64,000 nucleotides of DNA from Hydrolagus affinis (taxonomy: Eukaryota). The stretch covers positions 62,001-126,000 of the forward strand of contig JAAILG010000069.1 of the NCBI GenBank assembly GCA_012026655.1. The letters run 5' to 3'. The translations under genes and the position numbers were made by a program. The notes beneath the pieces are model-generated. The model ran no database searches, had not been told where the DNA came from, and saw only the letters and a list, made by a program, of their open reading frames with translations. Below, piece by piece: positions 40,622-53,459 of the stretch (positions are counted from its first letter, which is position 1; the number at the start of each line of letters is the position of its first letter).

Positions 40622-40704
40622 CTTGTTCCATGTAGCATGCAAGCCTTAGCCGGCTTGGTAATTCAATTCTGAACCAGCATAAGCGATAGTAATAGAAACT
40701 TGCA
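40622..40704 (-). other. Candidate 83-nt exon
   Basis: ttgttttctctcctttgccag|TGCAAG...ATGGAACAAG|gtaaaa; contains TGCATG; repeat-free context. Confidence 0.25.
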
Positions 40705-43700
40705 CTGGCAAAGGAGAGAAAACAAATCAAAAATCAAATTTATGGGAGAAGGGGGAGGGGTGGGGGTAGAGGATAAATCTTGCAGGGAATTTTTCCTGAG
40801 GTCATTTGTCATGTTAAAAAACAGCATGGAACAAGCTGCCAAGTCCCATGTATGTCTTTGAGTGAGGCTTCCCTGTCTGAGGTAAGAGATGAAAATGCAA
40901 AGGGAACTAAATAAATGAAAAGCTGAATTGGAAGAAGGAGGGGGGGAAAAAAAAGCACTTCTCCTCGCTGCTTAATACACTGCGCACGCTAGCCCTGTAA
41001 GAGTCAACTCGGAGAGATGCTGTCGTCAAAAGAGTGACACTGATTAAAATCTCTCCCCTGTCTCTCCCACAGGTTTGGGGAAGCATTCACCTTCTTTTAT
41101 GAGATACATTATTTGGTGAATCTGCAGTATGACACATAAAGATGAGTAGATATTGAATATGCAGTCAATCAAGTGACTAGACAGCTGAGGCCTTAACAAG
41201 CACAGATGCTGAGACACTGAGCTCCAATCGCACCCCCCTGTTGAAGCTATTACCTCAGTGCCACTTTCATTAACTGGTGTGAACTTTGCATGACCCTTTG
41301 GCAAATTTTTTATGTCCATTATGGTAGAGACGAATGATTTACATTGTCATTCATGTCATAATTTGATTTCTGTGCAAGCTTTAGGAGAATGGGTAGAAGA
41401 GGCTAATAGAGTAATCAGGCCCTCAGTTACATAGTAATAAGATTGCCCCTAAACAGCGATTACTATTACTTGGCCCAGTGATTACTGAACATTAATAGCA
41501 TTTTTCTCGGCTGCTTTGCTACCAATTAACAGTAAAAGCACTGGCTACACAAGGCTCATTGTATTCTACCTTTACTTGAAAAACTAATCGTCTGTTAAAT
41601 GTTGCTGTATTTTCAAAATCAACAGCTCTCTTTAGAATTCAGTACATTTTTCAGGTTTTTCTTGTACAGGTGGTATTACAGAATATAATTAAACTCTTTC
41701 TGTCTACTCCCCACCCCCAAATGCTTCTTTGCTTTCTTTCTTGAGTTCTCTCACTTCTCCTAACACTGTCTCTCTACTTGTTCAAATCACGTTGCCTGGC
41801 TCTCGCACTCGCACATTTATCATTCTTTCATCATGCGTTCCTCCTTTTTCCAAAATTGTTTAGAAAAGCAGATTTCTGCGGCTAAAGTGACACCAACAAA
41901 CGGCTCCCATTGATTTTCTTGACCTAAATCAAAATAAACCAAATATCCCTTAAAAAATAATTTTGCGTTTGAAAACATGGTACCAGCATTAGAAATCAAA
42001 AATGTCATTGGGCAGAAACGTGATATGATAAATACTCTCACTTGTGAGGCTGACTGTAAGCCACTTGCTACATTGTTGGTTCTGTATTATCCAGTCAGCC
42101 TCACTTGCAAAGGCATTTAGCATATCACACTGCTGCTGGCTGGTATTCTTCATTTATCTACAGCATGTCTGCAGTCCCAGAACTACAGAGATAAAAATCA
42201 GAACATGACACGAGAAAATAGTACTTTACTCTCGGTTGCCTGCGTAAAATAAACAAAATATTAAAAGAACATCAAGTGTTTTCCTGTAATTGATATTTTT
42301 AAAATTGCACAGTACACCAGCAATATGCTAACAGAGGATTTCACAAATTGTGGGATATAAATCTTTTTACATTTCTACTCTGGTGACAAACCAAAGCTCA
42401 CGCTCAGTTGTGCGTGTATCGTTTCAGATCCCGTCTCAAAGTGAAGTTGCTTCTCGTGTTATATCTTTTGTGTTTTATTCAGGTCTCACAATTCAGTCAC
42501 TATTTACCTGAAAACTCAACAGCGCAATTTTTTTTAAAACATGTTTCTTTTCTTTAAATTCACTCATTTCTTTATTCCATCATTCTTTCGGGATTTACTT
42601 GGATGATGTACTGTCAAATGTGTGGGGACAATATGCCTTTGCCAACATCAATCTGTATCCAACTGATTAAAAAGAAAGGGAAAATAACTTGCCAACTCTG
42701 TTTTTGCCCCCTCCTTTTCACCCCCCACCACCCCTCGCAGGGAAAAGATAATTGACTCTAAATACTCTGCAACCCATCATGCTATGGAGCCAACACCCTA
42801 CCATGCCATGATATATTCTCAGCCCTCTACACTAGATGTGTGGCCTGACACTGTTATTTGTTATCTCTGCACTTGTAAGGTTGTAAAGACATGAATGCAT
42901 TTTAAAATTATATCTGAAATTTAAATGGAATAGTGTTCTATAAATACAATCAACCATGGGCAGCAGTTAGATCTAATCAATATCGCACTCGTTGAGCCTG
43001 ATCAGAACTCGCTTGCAATTTAAGGCAAACGCAAGTTATGTATCCGGTCAACCTCAGTTCTAGGTGTTTTAAAAATCAAAAAATCAGTTTCCAATTTGAG
43101 CCTCTAATGAGATTTGTTAGTCAGCCTAAAATACATAAGAATTATGAATTGGAATTTTTAGACATTTTCTGAAAAATTTGATGAAGTGTCTTATTTTACT
43201 ATTGCCTCTCTAAAACTCTATTATCCAGCCACTCGAAGAATCCTGTGATATTGCTCCCAAAATACTAGAAGGACAAGATGTTGAATAGATTTACATTTCT
43301 CACATGATCATCACAGTTGCATAGAATACATTCCTGACGTTCTCACCTTTTTGCATTTCTCCCATTCTCTCTGTCATTCACTCACTCATTCATTCTCTCT
43401 CTCTCTGCCTCTCTCTCTCTCTCGCTCAAACTCCCTCTTTCTTGGTTTTTTGTTTCCCAGTGACAATGCTGCAATCAGTGCGAGGCAGTAGCATGAATCG
43501 CCATCCTCACAGCCAGTAAATCATCACTCTTTTCTGGCAGCTGACAGCTTTCCTAAGTGTGGTGTCATGACTCGGTCTATCAGATTCCTTTAAGACACTG
43601 TTTGAACAAATTGCAGGAACAATACAGCCAGTAACCTGAGCAACTGCAGACAGAGTACAATGGAGACCCTTTGTGGAGACACAACCCCTGCAGCCCCGAG

Positions 43701-44262
43701 CTGTACATTACACCAGAATAGCCGCTCTCAATTACCTTTTGTGCATTACCACCAAAGAAAAACCCTTCCACACAACATTAAACTTTATTCCTTCAGTATT
43801 TCAGCTGTCACGACTTCTCTTGCCAAAGGGAAAAGGCTTGCGAGAGTGTACCTTCTTAAGCATTCCGGTCAGTGAGAAAGTTGGAAACTGCTTGCATACA
43901 GCTTGAAATTCAAATTGTGTCCCCCCCCCACCCCCATCGCACCGGTTTTAAAATCTCCTCTCTATTAGCCAGTTCACAGGATTAAATGTAAAGGTTTCGG
44001 GAAATTAACCTCTAAACTATTGACAGAGAAAAATTCATTTGAATTACGCGGCAGAGAAACACAACATGAGTTACAGTTTAAAGCTCTGGCATTGTCAGGA
44101 ACCCCAGCTTCCCAGCAAGGTGCTGGCGTTGACGTGTACCAAGAGAACATGAAGGTCTTTGGCTGCTCGCAGAACAATGTATTCTTTAGCCTCAGCCTAG
44201 ATGGTAGTGGGGAGATCAGCACCCAATCTCGTCCACAATTTGGATCCGTCTTAAAATGAGAA

Positions 44263-44320
44263 TCTTGGGAGGTCCTCGCAACGTGAAAGGGGCTCTATAA
44301 ATGTAATTTTGTTGTTGTTG
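44263..44320 (+). mobile_element. L2 LINE 3' end (type A)
   Basis: cttgggaggtcctcgcaacgtgaaaggggctctataaatgtaatttt(gtt)n. Confidence 0.75.
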
Positions 44321-44801
44321 CTTCTCAACCTGTCCACAGCTGTCAGTCCTTGATACACAACAAGGTCCTCATTCTGTGTATCAGAAAATTGTTTGTTTGC
44401 AAGGCAAAATTTATAATGATACATGGGATTGGGGAGGATAGACAGGGTTAAATGATGATGGTCTTCACACTGGGAAAACTTTAGCTAGACTAAGCTCATT
44501 GTACACCCACCTGTGCTAAGTTTGCACTCCCCTAGATATCCTGATAGTGACTGTACAGTGAACAATATTACATTTATGGACTTTACCACTGACAATAACG
44601 TAATCCTATTTTTTCTGAATTTCTGAATTTCCTAAATTTCTGAACTCTGGCGGTGTAAGCCATAAACTCACACCAGCATGGTCCACAAATTTACATACCG
44701 ATAGAGGATGCAACGTTCTCGCCCACAAAGATTTGGTAAATTTACCAATCATTACTCCCATATCTGCTGGGATAGGGGACTGGGCAATCATTACTCCCAT
44801 A

Positions 44802-44878
44802 CCAGCACCTTGGGACGTCCTCCCGACATGAAAAGCACTCTCTATAAATGTAATTTTGTTATTTTGTTGTTGTTGCTG
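44802..44878 (+). mobile_element. L2 LINE 3' end (type A)
   Basis: ccagcaccttgggacgtcctcccgacatgaaaag...(gtt)n. Confidence 0.8.
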
Positions 44879-47579
44879 CCTTACCCACAACCTTCTTTCA
44901 ATGTGACTTTCATCTTATGAGCATAACCGACGAGGTAGCACATCATGTCATGTTCACACACCTGGTAAAATGGTGCATAAGATTTTCCCCCATCAACAAT
45001 ACTCCATTAAAAGCTTAAAGAAATTGCACTAAATAGATATCGCAGCTGTTAAGGAAACACTAAATACAAGAATAACTTCTTGGCCCCAGAAATGTGCTGT
45101 GAGATAGTTAAAAAAAACAAAATGCACACAATTAAATAAACAAGACTATTCCTCAATTCAAATATTTCCACCAACTCCCCCTTCCTTTCAAAATATTGCC
45201 CTCTTTGATCTCTACAGTTCCATTCATTGCACATTGTATATACACAGGGATTAGACCCATAAAATCATTTTTGCCTGAATTATCACACTCAAACACGACC
45301 AATCTCTTTGTGACTTTCAGACGTCTCAAAGATGAGATGAAAAGCTATATCAAACACAAGGATTATTATTAATAGGAAGTGACAAAAAAAAGTATAACCA
45401 TGTCATTCTAATATGAATTTCTTAGGCAACAGTGTTTATTCAGAAGTGGCACCTAATCTGGATTCAACACAAAAAACAACATTTGTATGTCAGTGGAATT
45501 AACATGAGAAGTCAACAGGGCAGCATGTTCAGATAATGATCAGGCCAGAGGGTGTATATCTGCATTTGTACAATGAAAGCAATGAATCTTAGCAAAAAGC
45601 CCAAAGCAAAAGCCCGTACTGCAGCATGTCAGATAACCCGCTGCAATATTAAAAAAAAATGTAATAAACTTGTGGGGAAGAAAGTATTCAATACAGCTGG
45701 GATACAGATAGTAGTTTCATACACATCGGTCCTTCTCCATGGGTACCTTCTTCATTCATGTGTTATGATTCAGGCACAATTATGTAAATGATATACCACA
45801 TGGGGTAGCCTCATGCATTTACCTGTCTATCTATATAACTACTATATTGTTGAACTTTTAGCTCAACTACTGTATTTACCCACCACTGTATACTGTACAA
45901 TATCTATCTGTCATAAATCTGTGTCTCTGGAACTATTGCTTTATTTATTGTTCACTCTCTGCAGGTTGACTGACATTGCGTTCAACCAATGTAGGAAACC
46001 TATCACTATCACTTGACAAATTCCCCAAATGAGCAACAAAAGTCATGTTTCCAAATGCATTAGCCATAAAAAAAGATTATTTTCCTGGGATTCAATGTGC
46101 CACAATATGATTTTAACAATGTTAACGGAGAGTAGCTGAGGGACTTCTGCAAGATCTGATTTATGACAAAGGACAAAATACATAAAGGTTCTTACAAGAG
46201 TTTAGAACAGAACATTTGCAATTTGATAAAGTTTGCAGCACTATTAATAGAGAATTCATTAGCTGCTCCCTATTAAAATAAGCCAGAGGTTCGAACCATT
46301 GGCCATGAGTTAGAGTGGAAAAATTCCAAATGTAGCTTCTGGCTCCAGTCCACAGGAGGGCAGCTAGATATGTACTAGACATGTACTCGCAAACCAACGC
46401 CGTGGGAAATCTTTGTTCAAGTTCCTATTAAATCTTTGTCAAACTAAAGGACATAACAATTTAACCCATCTGCACCAGGTGGCAATGGGCAGGGTACCTA
46501 ACCTGTCGTTTGGCATGACTTGTGGTGCATTCATACCGTTGTCTCGGGCTCCTCTTGCACGTATACATGTCTGTCTCTCATTCTGTGAGCAGCTAAGGTA
46601 CCTGACTCCAAGGTGTGAGTGAGTAGAGTGAGTAGAGCGCTTACACTTTAACCAGATAATCACTAGTCCTGGGACTAACACTTGCTGTGAGTATTGAGAG
46701 CAAGTTTATTCCAACTTAGAGAAAGGCCGAGATAGGTGGGATGTGAATACAGTAAAAGCGACACACTTGACCTTTTCCCAAATTGAAGTGACCCATTTGA
46801 CAGTAACTCAGAGGCAGTTACAGAGAATCCTGTGACTCATATCCTCACCCTCTCAGCTGGATAGAGTGCAATTTTGTGAGTTATTCACAGGCAGAAATAA
46901 TGAGAATTTTAAAAGGGATAAAAATGCAAAAATAAAGTTGTTACCTGTATTATAGGAAGCTGAACAAAAGCCTAGGAGACAAGAGCATATCAAAGGAAAG
47001 TGATGTGAAGTAAGTAAAAAGGACTCTAAAATTGTTAAGGCTCTCAGATGCACTATTAAACTACCTCCCTCAAGTATCCCATAACATCTGTAACATACTG
47101 TACCTTATTCTCCACTGTAAAATATTTCCAAAAAGCACTCAGCGGTCCATTTACATTCTCTCTGACCCACCAATTTATAGCAGTTCAGACAAAATCAGAA
47201 ACAAGAACCTTCTTTCATGTCAAACTACCTCCTCAAAGGTTTCCTCAAAGAAGGAACTGCTCAGCTCACTCTAGTTTTTGGAAATCTCTTGGCAACAGGG
47301 CTCAAAGCTGAGAGCAGAGTTGAGGTAAGAGAACTGGTAAGGGTCCTGACGGGTCAGTGACATTCACACACATTGGATTTTAAAGTGCTCATTGTTGATC
47401 TCCAAATAGCAGCACAAATCAATATGAAGAAACAGAACTCCTACCCTGTTTAATTTGCCGCTTTTTCTCATGAGGTATCAGTCTGCCCTTTTTGGTCTTC
47501 ACCCAATATCTACAGTGTGCTTTTTTCATCAGTGGTCACTGAAGAATAAGTACGTTCTCTCCTCCTTACCCATGAGTTA

Positions 47580-47669
47580 CCCAAGGGAGGCTGAGGTCAA
47601 TTTGCAGTGACCATTGTAGCCCCCAGATGAGATAAGCTGGTTCAAAACAGACTAGGCTTCAAAACGTGG
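47580..47669 (-). mobile_element. Ancient AmnSINE2-like 5' fragment
   Basis: Reverse complement gtctgttttgaaccagcttatctcatctggggg...aattgacctcagcctcccttggg resembles the recalled AmnSINE2 consensus. Confidence 0.45.
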
Positions 47670-48897
47670 AACATATTAACTGATCCATCACCGAACGTTC
47701 CCCTGTCCACACGTTTTGCTTACTGTAATCACCATATTCCAGTTAACCCAAAGCTGAGCGAGAAATCTTCACTTGTAGCTGTATTCAGTGTAATATTTAC
47801 CTAATGTAATGAGATCACATTTGAAGCAGTACTCACAATGAGTTAATGCTCTATTGCAGATCTTTATGACCTGCATTCAGAAGAATGATACATCTACTTT
47901 CCAAAAGCAACAACTCTGAAAACTATTGTTTTGTCCCATCTGTTTTGTGCTGATACATCTAAAATACCACACAAATTTGGATCTAGACTGGCCAGATGAT
48001 GAGGAACTACAATGTTTAATATTTCTGCTGTGTTTACCAATGGAAGTACAGCAGGGAGAAGACCTAAAAGGGTTAAACAGTGTTAGATCCTAACAGACGG
48101 AGGCCAAGTCAGTAGTGCTCAGACGAGGCAGCATTTGTATCAAGCCACCTGCCGTGTTGAGACAGCCATGTGTGCAGCAGACATTGCAATCCGCAGCCAA
48201 ATTCTGCTCAAAAACATGGACATTCCAGACTATGTTATTTCAACTTTGTCCCTAACCCCTGTATCCTTAAACAAGAAAAATAATAATTAATTTCTCAAAA
48301 TGGAAAGGTTAGAAAAAACAGTATGTCTTCCGCGGGTCTCCACTACTTCAGAAAACTGAAATCTGAACATCATCCCTTTGATAGTATGTTTATTATCAGT
48401 CTCTACAAAGTATTAAAAAAAAGTATTGCATGGGCTGGTTAACATTTTATAGGCTTTTTAAAGGGTAGTATTATGCCTTTGTAATTAAATAGGCTGCTAA
48501 CCGCAAAACTGCATTCAATTTTGAATCCAATGCTTCACAAGGATTGACATATGTGTTTGATAGAAAAATCTGGATTTCTTTTGTAACTGCAAATAAAAAA
48601 ATTGTTTTGCAATATGAAAGCCCTGCAGTGAAATGTTAAACCAAAGAGGTTTTTTAACATTTGCTCCAGAATGTGTTTGTGTGTTATTTGTTATTGGTGA
48701 TTTCAATGAGATACAAAAATATATGTCTACACATTATGTAATAATAATAAGACTAATAATCCTTGCATTTGATACCGCTCCCATCATGTTGAAATATTTC
48801 AAAGCACTTCATAATAGTTGTTATTAGATATGCATTTTGAGAGAGAACACAGCAGCCGATTTCTGCAGAGCATTAGTCCACAAACAACAAGCATGTA

Positions 48898-49146
48898 AAT
48901 AATAATAATGATCCTTGCATTTGATATAGCGCTTTTCACATGTTCTAGACGTCTCAAAGCACTTCACAGAATATAATGTAAAGTGAATTGACTGTTTGTG
49001 GGCGAAACACAGCAGCCAATTGCGCACAGCAGTGTCCCACAAACAGTCGTGGATTGAATGATCAATTTTTATTATTGTGTTTTTTTTGGAGGGATTATTA
49101 TTAGGCAGGTGTGTGGAGTAAGAAACCTTGCCCAAGGTTTCACCCT
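48898..49146 (-). mobile_element. SINE lacking the tRNA head
   Basis: Tail, core and linker up to cccaaggtttcaccct. Confidence 0.92.
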
Positions 49147-49150
49147 CCAA

Positions 49151-49353
49151 TTGTTGACATCCACTTGAACAGGCACATAACACAAAATCACATTATGACC
49201 TAGGTTCAACATATGGACCTCCAACAATGCAGCTCTCTCCCACCTCCCCACACGAGTGTCAGTCTACACCATGAACTGAAAGTCCCCAACATAGGGCTTC
49301 AAACTACATCACGTCAAACACACAGCTGAGAGTGCTACCAACTGTGCCAAGCT
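49151..49353 (-). mobile_element. Older DeuSINE (SacSINE1-like) 5' part
   Basis: gacatccacttgaacaggca...caatgcagctctc...gagtgtcagtcta...gagagtgctaccaactgtgccaagct. Confidence 0.6.
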
Positions 49354-49375
49354 CACATTGCCTTTACTACATTTC

Positions 49376-49413
49376 ACGGATACAATATAAATATATATTT
49401 ATATTGTATCCGT
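49376..49413. repeat. Perfect 38-bp spacerless palindrome
   Basis: acggatacaatataaatat|atatttatattgtatccgt. Confidence 0.95.
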
Positions 49414-49520
49414 TATTGGGTAGTTGAAATAAATGTCCTTCAAATAATGAGTGAAGCTCATTCAACTAGCTTCTGATAATGATCTAAAAGTTGTGTTACA
49501 TGAGGTAATCCTTTTTATAC

Positions 49521-49702
49521 AATAATCCTTGTCTTTGATATACAGTACCGCCTTATCATGACTTCTAGACGTCTCAAAAAGTGTTTCACAGAATATAGTG
49601 TAAAGCAAATTAACTGTATGTTTTGTGGGCGAAACATGGCAGCCGATTGCACACAGCAATTCCACAAACAGTCGTGGATTAAGTGACCAAATTATTATTA
49701 TT
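49521..49702 (-). mobile_element. SINE 3' half
   Basis: Core and tail. Confidence 0.88.
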
Positions 49703-49839
49703 GAATAATATTATAAACTTTTATAATAATATAATACTGTAGCTTATTCATGGGTATTGTTATTTGGCTCCTTTTTTATTAACAGTGAAAACATGGTGGA
49801 CACTGACAACCAGCCATTTATGTCTCTATCTCACTGATT

Positions 49840-49896
49840 TAGAGCGCTCTGAGACGCCGTCCGGCATGGAGGGCGCTATATAAATCGAAGTTGTTG
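49840..49896 (+). mobile_element. L2 LINE 3' end (type B)
   Basis: agcgctctgagacgccgtccggcatggagggcgctatataaatcgaagttgttg. Confidence 0.78.
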
Positions 49897-50029
49897 ATCT
49901 TGCATTGTGACATCCCTTTAGGATGAACAATGAGATGTAATCGTTCCTAGTTTACTGAGTAACAATCGATAATTGATTGCTGGTAAATAATACAGTCAAT
50001 GTATATAGTATTAAATAGTGTATCATGTA

Positions 50030-50188
50030 CATGCTTCCTCTTTGACTGTGCCTTTGGTCATCCTCCCATCTGCCTTCCACCCCGCTCTACTTCAGCCCCC
50101 AGCTCAGGTGCAAACCTTTGACTATCCAGCACCTTGGGACGTCCTCCCTACATGAAGGGCGCTGTATAAATACAATTTGTTGTTGTTG
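50030..50188 (+). mobile_element. L2 LINE 3' fragment including the ORF2 end (type A)
   Basis: ttc ctc ttt gac tgt gcc ttt ggt cat = FLFDCAFGH (L2 KTxLFxxAF motif), then UTR, stem-loop and (gtt)n. Confidence 0.8.
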
Positions 50189-50762
50189 CTTGTAATTGGC
50201 TCTTGTGAAACAGGTTATATTACGGCACTACTGCTATCATAAAGCCAAATACCACTAGATATTATCTTCAATACCCTTTCAATTACTCTGCAGTGCTTCT
50301 AAAATGTGCACCACAATTGGCAAATATTGATAAGAAAAATAAAATTTGACATAGTATTTCTACCTTGGGCATCAAATGACAGAGTGGACAGAATAAATGT
50401 CACAAGCAGAGAATGTTTAAGGTTGTGACTGAATCTCTTGCCGCTGTTGATGTTCATAAACCACAAGAACCAAGGTTGAGTGCTTTATGAACGCCATCCT
50501 ATTTCACTTGTTTGAATTACAGCTTGCAAACTCTTTGCCAGCTACCCATTATCCCATATGCAATTGTTCAATATAGATTCCAGCTAAACCTAATTAGCTA
50601 ACGGGAATGAATAGAACAGCACAAGATAGAAAATCTTTTTATTTTTCATTTGCAGTGCCCAACTGCTTTGCCAATATAGTCTAAAACAGGCAAGGCATAG
50701 AAAAAAACTGGTCTATTGAATTCTTCGCGAAAGGATTACATGTAATTACTGGACATAGCATT

Positions 50763-50890
50763 ACATAGATGATTACAGCACAGGAACAGGCCATTTAGCC
50801 CAACCAGTCAGTGATGGTATTTATACTCTACAGGAGTATACACTGCTCCGAATCCCCTCTCTCATATCCCTCTATTCCCTCCTTCCTTAT
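50763..50890 (-). mobile_element. CR1 3' UTR fragment
   Basis: tacagcacaggaacaggccatttagcccaac...catatccctctattccct. Confidence 0.7.
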
Positions 50891-51031
50891 TTAGCAATGC
50901 CATTTGTATCTCCATTTGAACTGCTTCACTGTCCAGAATGGAAGGCATTTAGAAAAAAATCAAGCAGCAGGGAATTTAGATTTTTGTTTACCCTAGAACT
51001 GCTACTGCATTCACTTAAATATGACATTATA

Positions 51032-51093
51032 CAACAACAACAATTACAAAAATTACATTTATAGAGCATCCTTTCACGTCGGGAGGACGTCCC
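51032..51093 (-). mobile_element. L2 LINE 3' end (type A)
   Basis: cctttcacgtcgggaggacgtccc plus (AAC)n. Confidence 0.78.
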
Positions 51094-51304
51094 ATTTCAT
51101 ACAATGATATAAATCATTTCAGTCGAAGGTGCTAAGTGTAGAAAGTCTCACATTAGAGAAAATCAATGTGCAAATCTACCCTCTCTTACCGTTTAGTCAG
51201 CTACACAGAGCAATAATTCCTAGTGTGTCCTTACAGCCAGGGCTGGGTGGGGAGACTGCACCTGGTCTCTCTCCTAGGACAGGGTTCATGTTAAGAATAA
51301 CTGT

Positions 51305-51446
51305 GTTCTGACGAAGAGTTATGGACCTAAAACGTTGACTCACTTTTCCTTTCTCCATAGATGCTGCCTGACCCACTCAGTGTTCCCAGCCATTTCTGTT
51401 TTTGTATCAGATTTCCAGGCTTCTGCAGTATTTTGCGTTTGTTTTT
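51305..51446 (+). mobile_element. Penelope-like terminal repeat, solo copy with decayed hammerhead
   Basis: gttctgacgaagagttatggacctaaaacgttgactc...tttctccatagatgctgcctgacc, homologous to 10535-10770. Confidence 0.75.
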
Positions 51447-51999
51447 CATGTGAAGAATGTTGAACGCATAAGGGACAAGGGTTCAGTTAGTATTGTTTTA
51501 TATTTGTGTATATAGGAAATCAAACAAAGGTCGGTAGAAATATGGATCTAACCCTGATCTAATACAGAGTCCAATATACCAGTCAGCAATTGAGCTCATC
51601 CGGCTTTGAGATAAATTCTTCTGAAATTAAAATTTGATTAAAAATGGTTACCGCTGGCTGAGAATCCTGCCTCATATAATGAGATTATATTGAGAATGTG
51701 AAACTTCCCCCTGATTTTTTCTTTGTCTCCACCCATCACATGCCATGTCCTGGCTTTGAAGATCGTCAGCGGGCAATTGGTTCCCAGGCTTCTCCCAATG
51801 TTGTTTTGTGATCGGCCACCAGGAAGTACACGGGAGCACACTGGAATTTACATAGGGAGGAGCCAGATTTCTGCTGGTGATGCCAGTTATTCTGATTCAT
51901 TCAAAAACTAGCTGTGTGCTGATTAAACAATAAATACCATTATGTTTTCTAAATGAAAAAGATTATTACAATACAGCACAAATTGATATCGCATATTTT

Positions 52000-52115
52000 A
52001 TCCACAAAATACGCAGTAAAATACTACACTTTCTAATGTATCATGTGAAGCACTTTGAGGCATCTTGAATATATGTTTAGGATTTATATCAAATGCAAGG
52101 ATTATTATTATTATT
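52000..52115 (+). mobile_element. Diverged SINE 3' fragment
   Basis: gtgaagcactttgag...atcaaatgcaaggattattatt. Confidence 0.75.
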
Positions 52116-53012
52116 TTCCATGTTGGGAGGACATCCCAAGGCCCTTGACAATCCTAGCTTGGCACCTGAGAAAATCATTTATTCTGACAAAATGACATAG
52201 TCTCCATGTTAAATGAAGCACAATATCCCAGTAGGATCCTTTACAATAAACAACACTAGGCAACATCAAGCAAAAGAGGCAGAATTCCCCCCACCTGAAC
52301 ATGTAACGTCTGCATGTCATTGTGCAGAAAAATCTACCAGTTTCCAAATTCAGGGACTTGTATACAGTGTATAGGGAAGAAAACAGCCAAACCAGAGTGA
52401 GTGACTAGAGAGCGACAATTTTGTGTCAACTATACCCATGCTCACAGTATAGGTTTGGAACTTGGAAACTTTAATATTCAGCGTTGCATTAAGGATACTA
52501 GGATTATAATTAAAAAAAGTTTCTTATATTTGACAGATTTATGCTGGCTCAAAACAAACCCGCTGAAATGAACTTGAAATCACTGAGCCTCACTTATGAA
52601 TACCGCTTGTACTACAAAAGACAAACGCACCAAGGTACTTACTTTCTCTATCCCATGTCCTTTAACAGGACGCTTCACTAATCAAGGGAAGAGTCTGCAC
52701 TTAACTATGAAGCAATCACGAGCATACAACCAGCAAATTTGTGGACATCGTCTACTGAAGATCATTAACATTCTCTTGCTTTCTCCTCCCCTCAAAATAA
52801 AATCATGAGCACCAGAAAAAATTAAAACATGCATCTTGTCCCACTGTACAGATGATTTAAAACATTTTTTTAATGGGTTTATCTGAATCCCTACTAAAGA
52901 TTAAATTCAAAACTTTTCCACTTCAAATGATTTTGAACATAGGAACAAAAGTAGTCGGACATTCAGTCGCTGGAGCTCGCTTATCATTTATTTAGTTACT
53001 AGAAGTTATATA

Positions 53013-53459
53013 TAATAATAATCCTTGCATTTGATACAGTGCTTTTCACATCTTATCGACGTCAAAAAGCACTTCACAGAATATACTGCAAAGTGAATTG
53101 ACTGTATATTTGTGGGCAAAACGTGGCAGCCAATTGCGCACAGCAGTGTCTCCAAAAACAGTCGTGGATTGAGATGACCAATTTTTATTATTGTGATTTG
53201 TTTTGACAGATAAAGACCTTTCTCTTCAACCACGCCTTTGGTCACCTTTCTACCCCTGCCCCTGGCTCGGTCCCAGGATCCGCTACTGTGAAGCGCTCTG
53301 AGACCCCATCCAGCGTGGAGGGCGCTATATAAATCGAAGTTGTTATAGGCATGTGGAGTAAGGAACCTTGCCCATGGTTTCGCCCTGACCTGCCTGGATT
53401 CGAACACAGGTCTCGCGCTTGTAAGGCGAGTGCTCTAACCACTGAGCTCCAGGAGCTCC
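53013..53459 (-). mobile_element. Full-length SINE interrupted by an L2
   Basis: Tail and core at 53013-53211, head at 53346-53459. Confidence 0.95.
53212..53345 (+). mobile_element. L2 LINE 3' fragment including the ORF2 end (type B)
   Basis: aag acc ttt ctc ttc aac cac gcc ttt ggt cac = KTFLFNHAFGH, then stem-loop and gttgtt tail. Confidence 0.85.

Noticed and set aside
41050-41120. Strong plus-strand acceptor ctctcccacag|G at 41072 (similar ones near 34775 and 43460)
   Set aside because: No convincing donor or reading frame follows; such tracts are common by chance.
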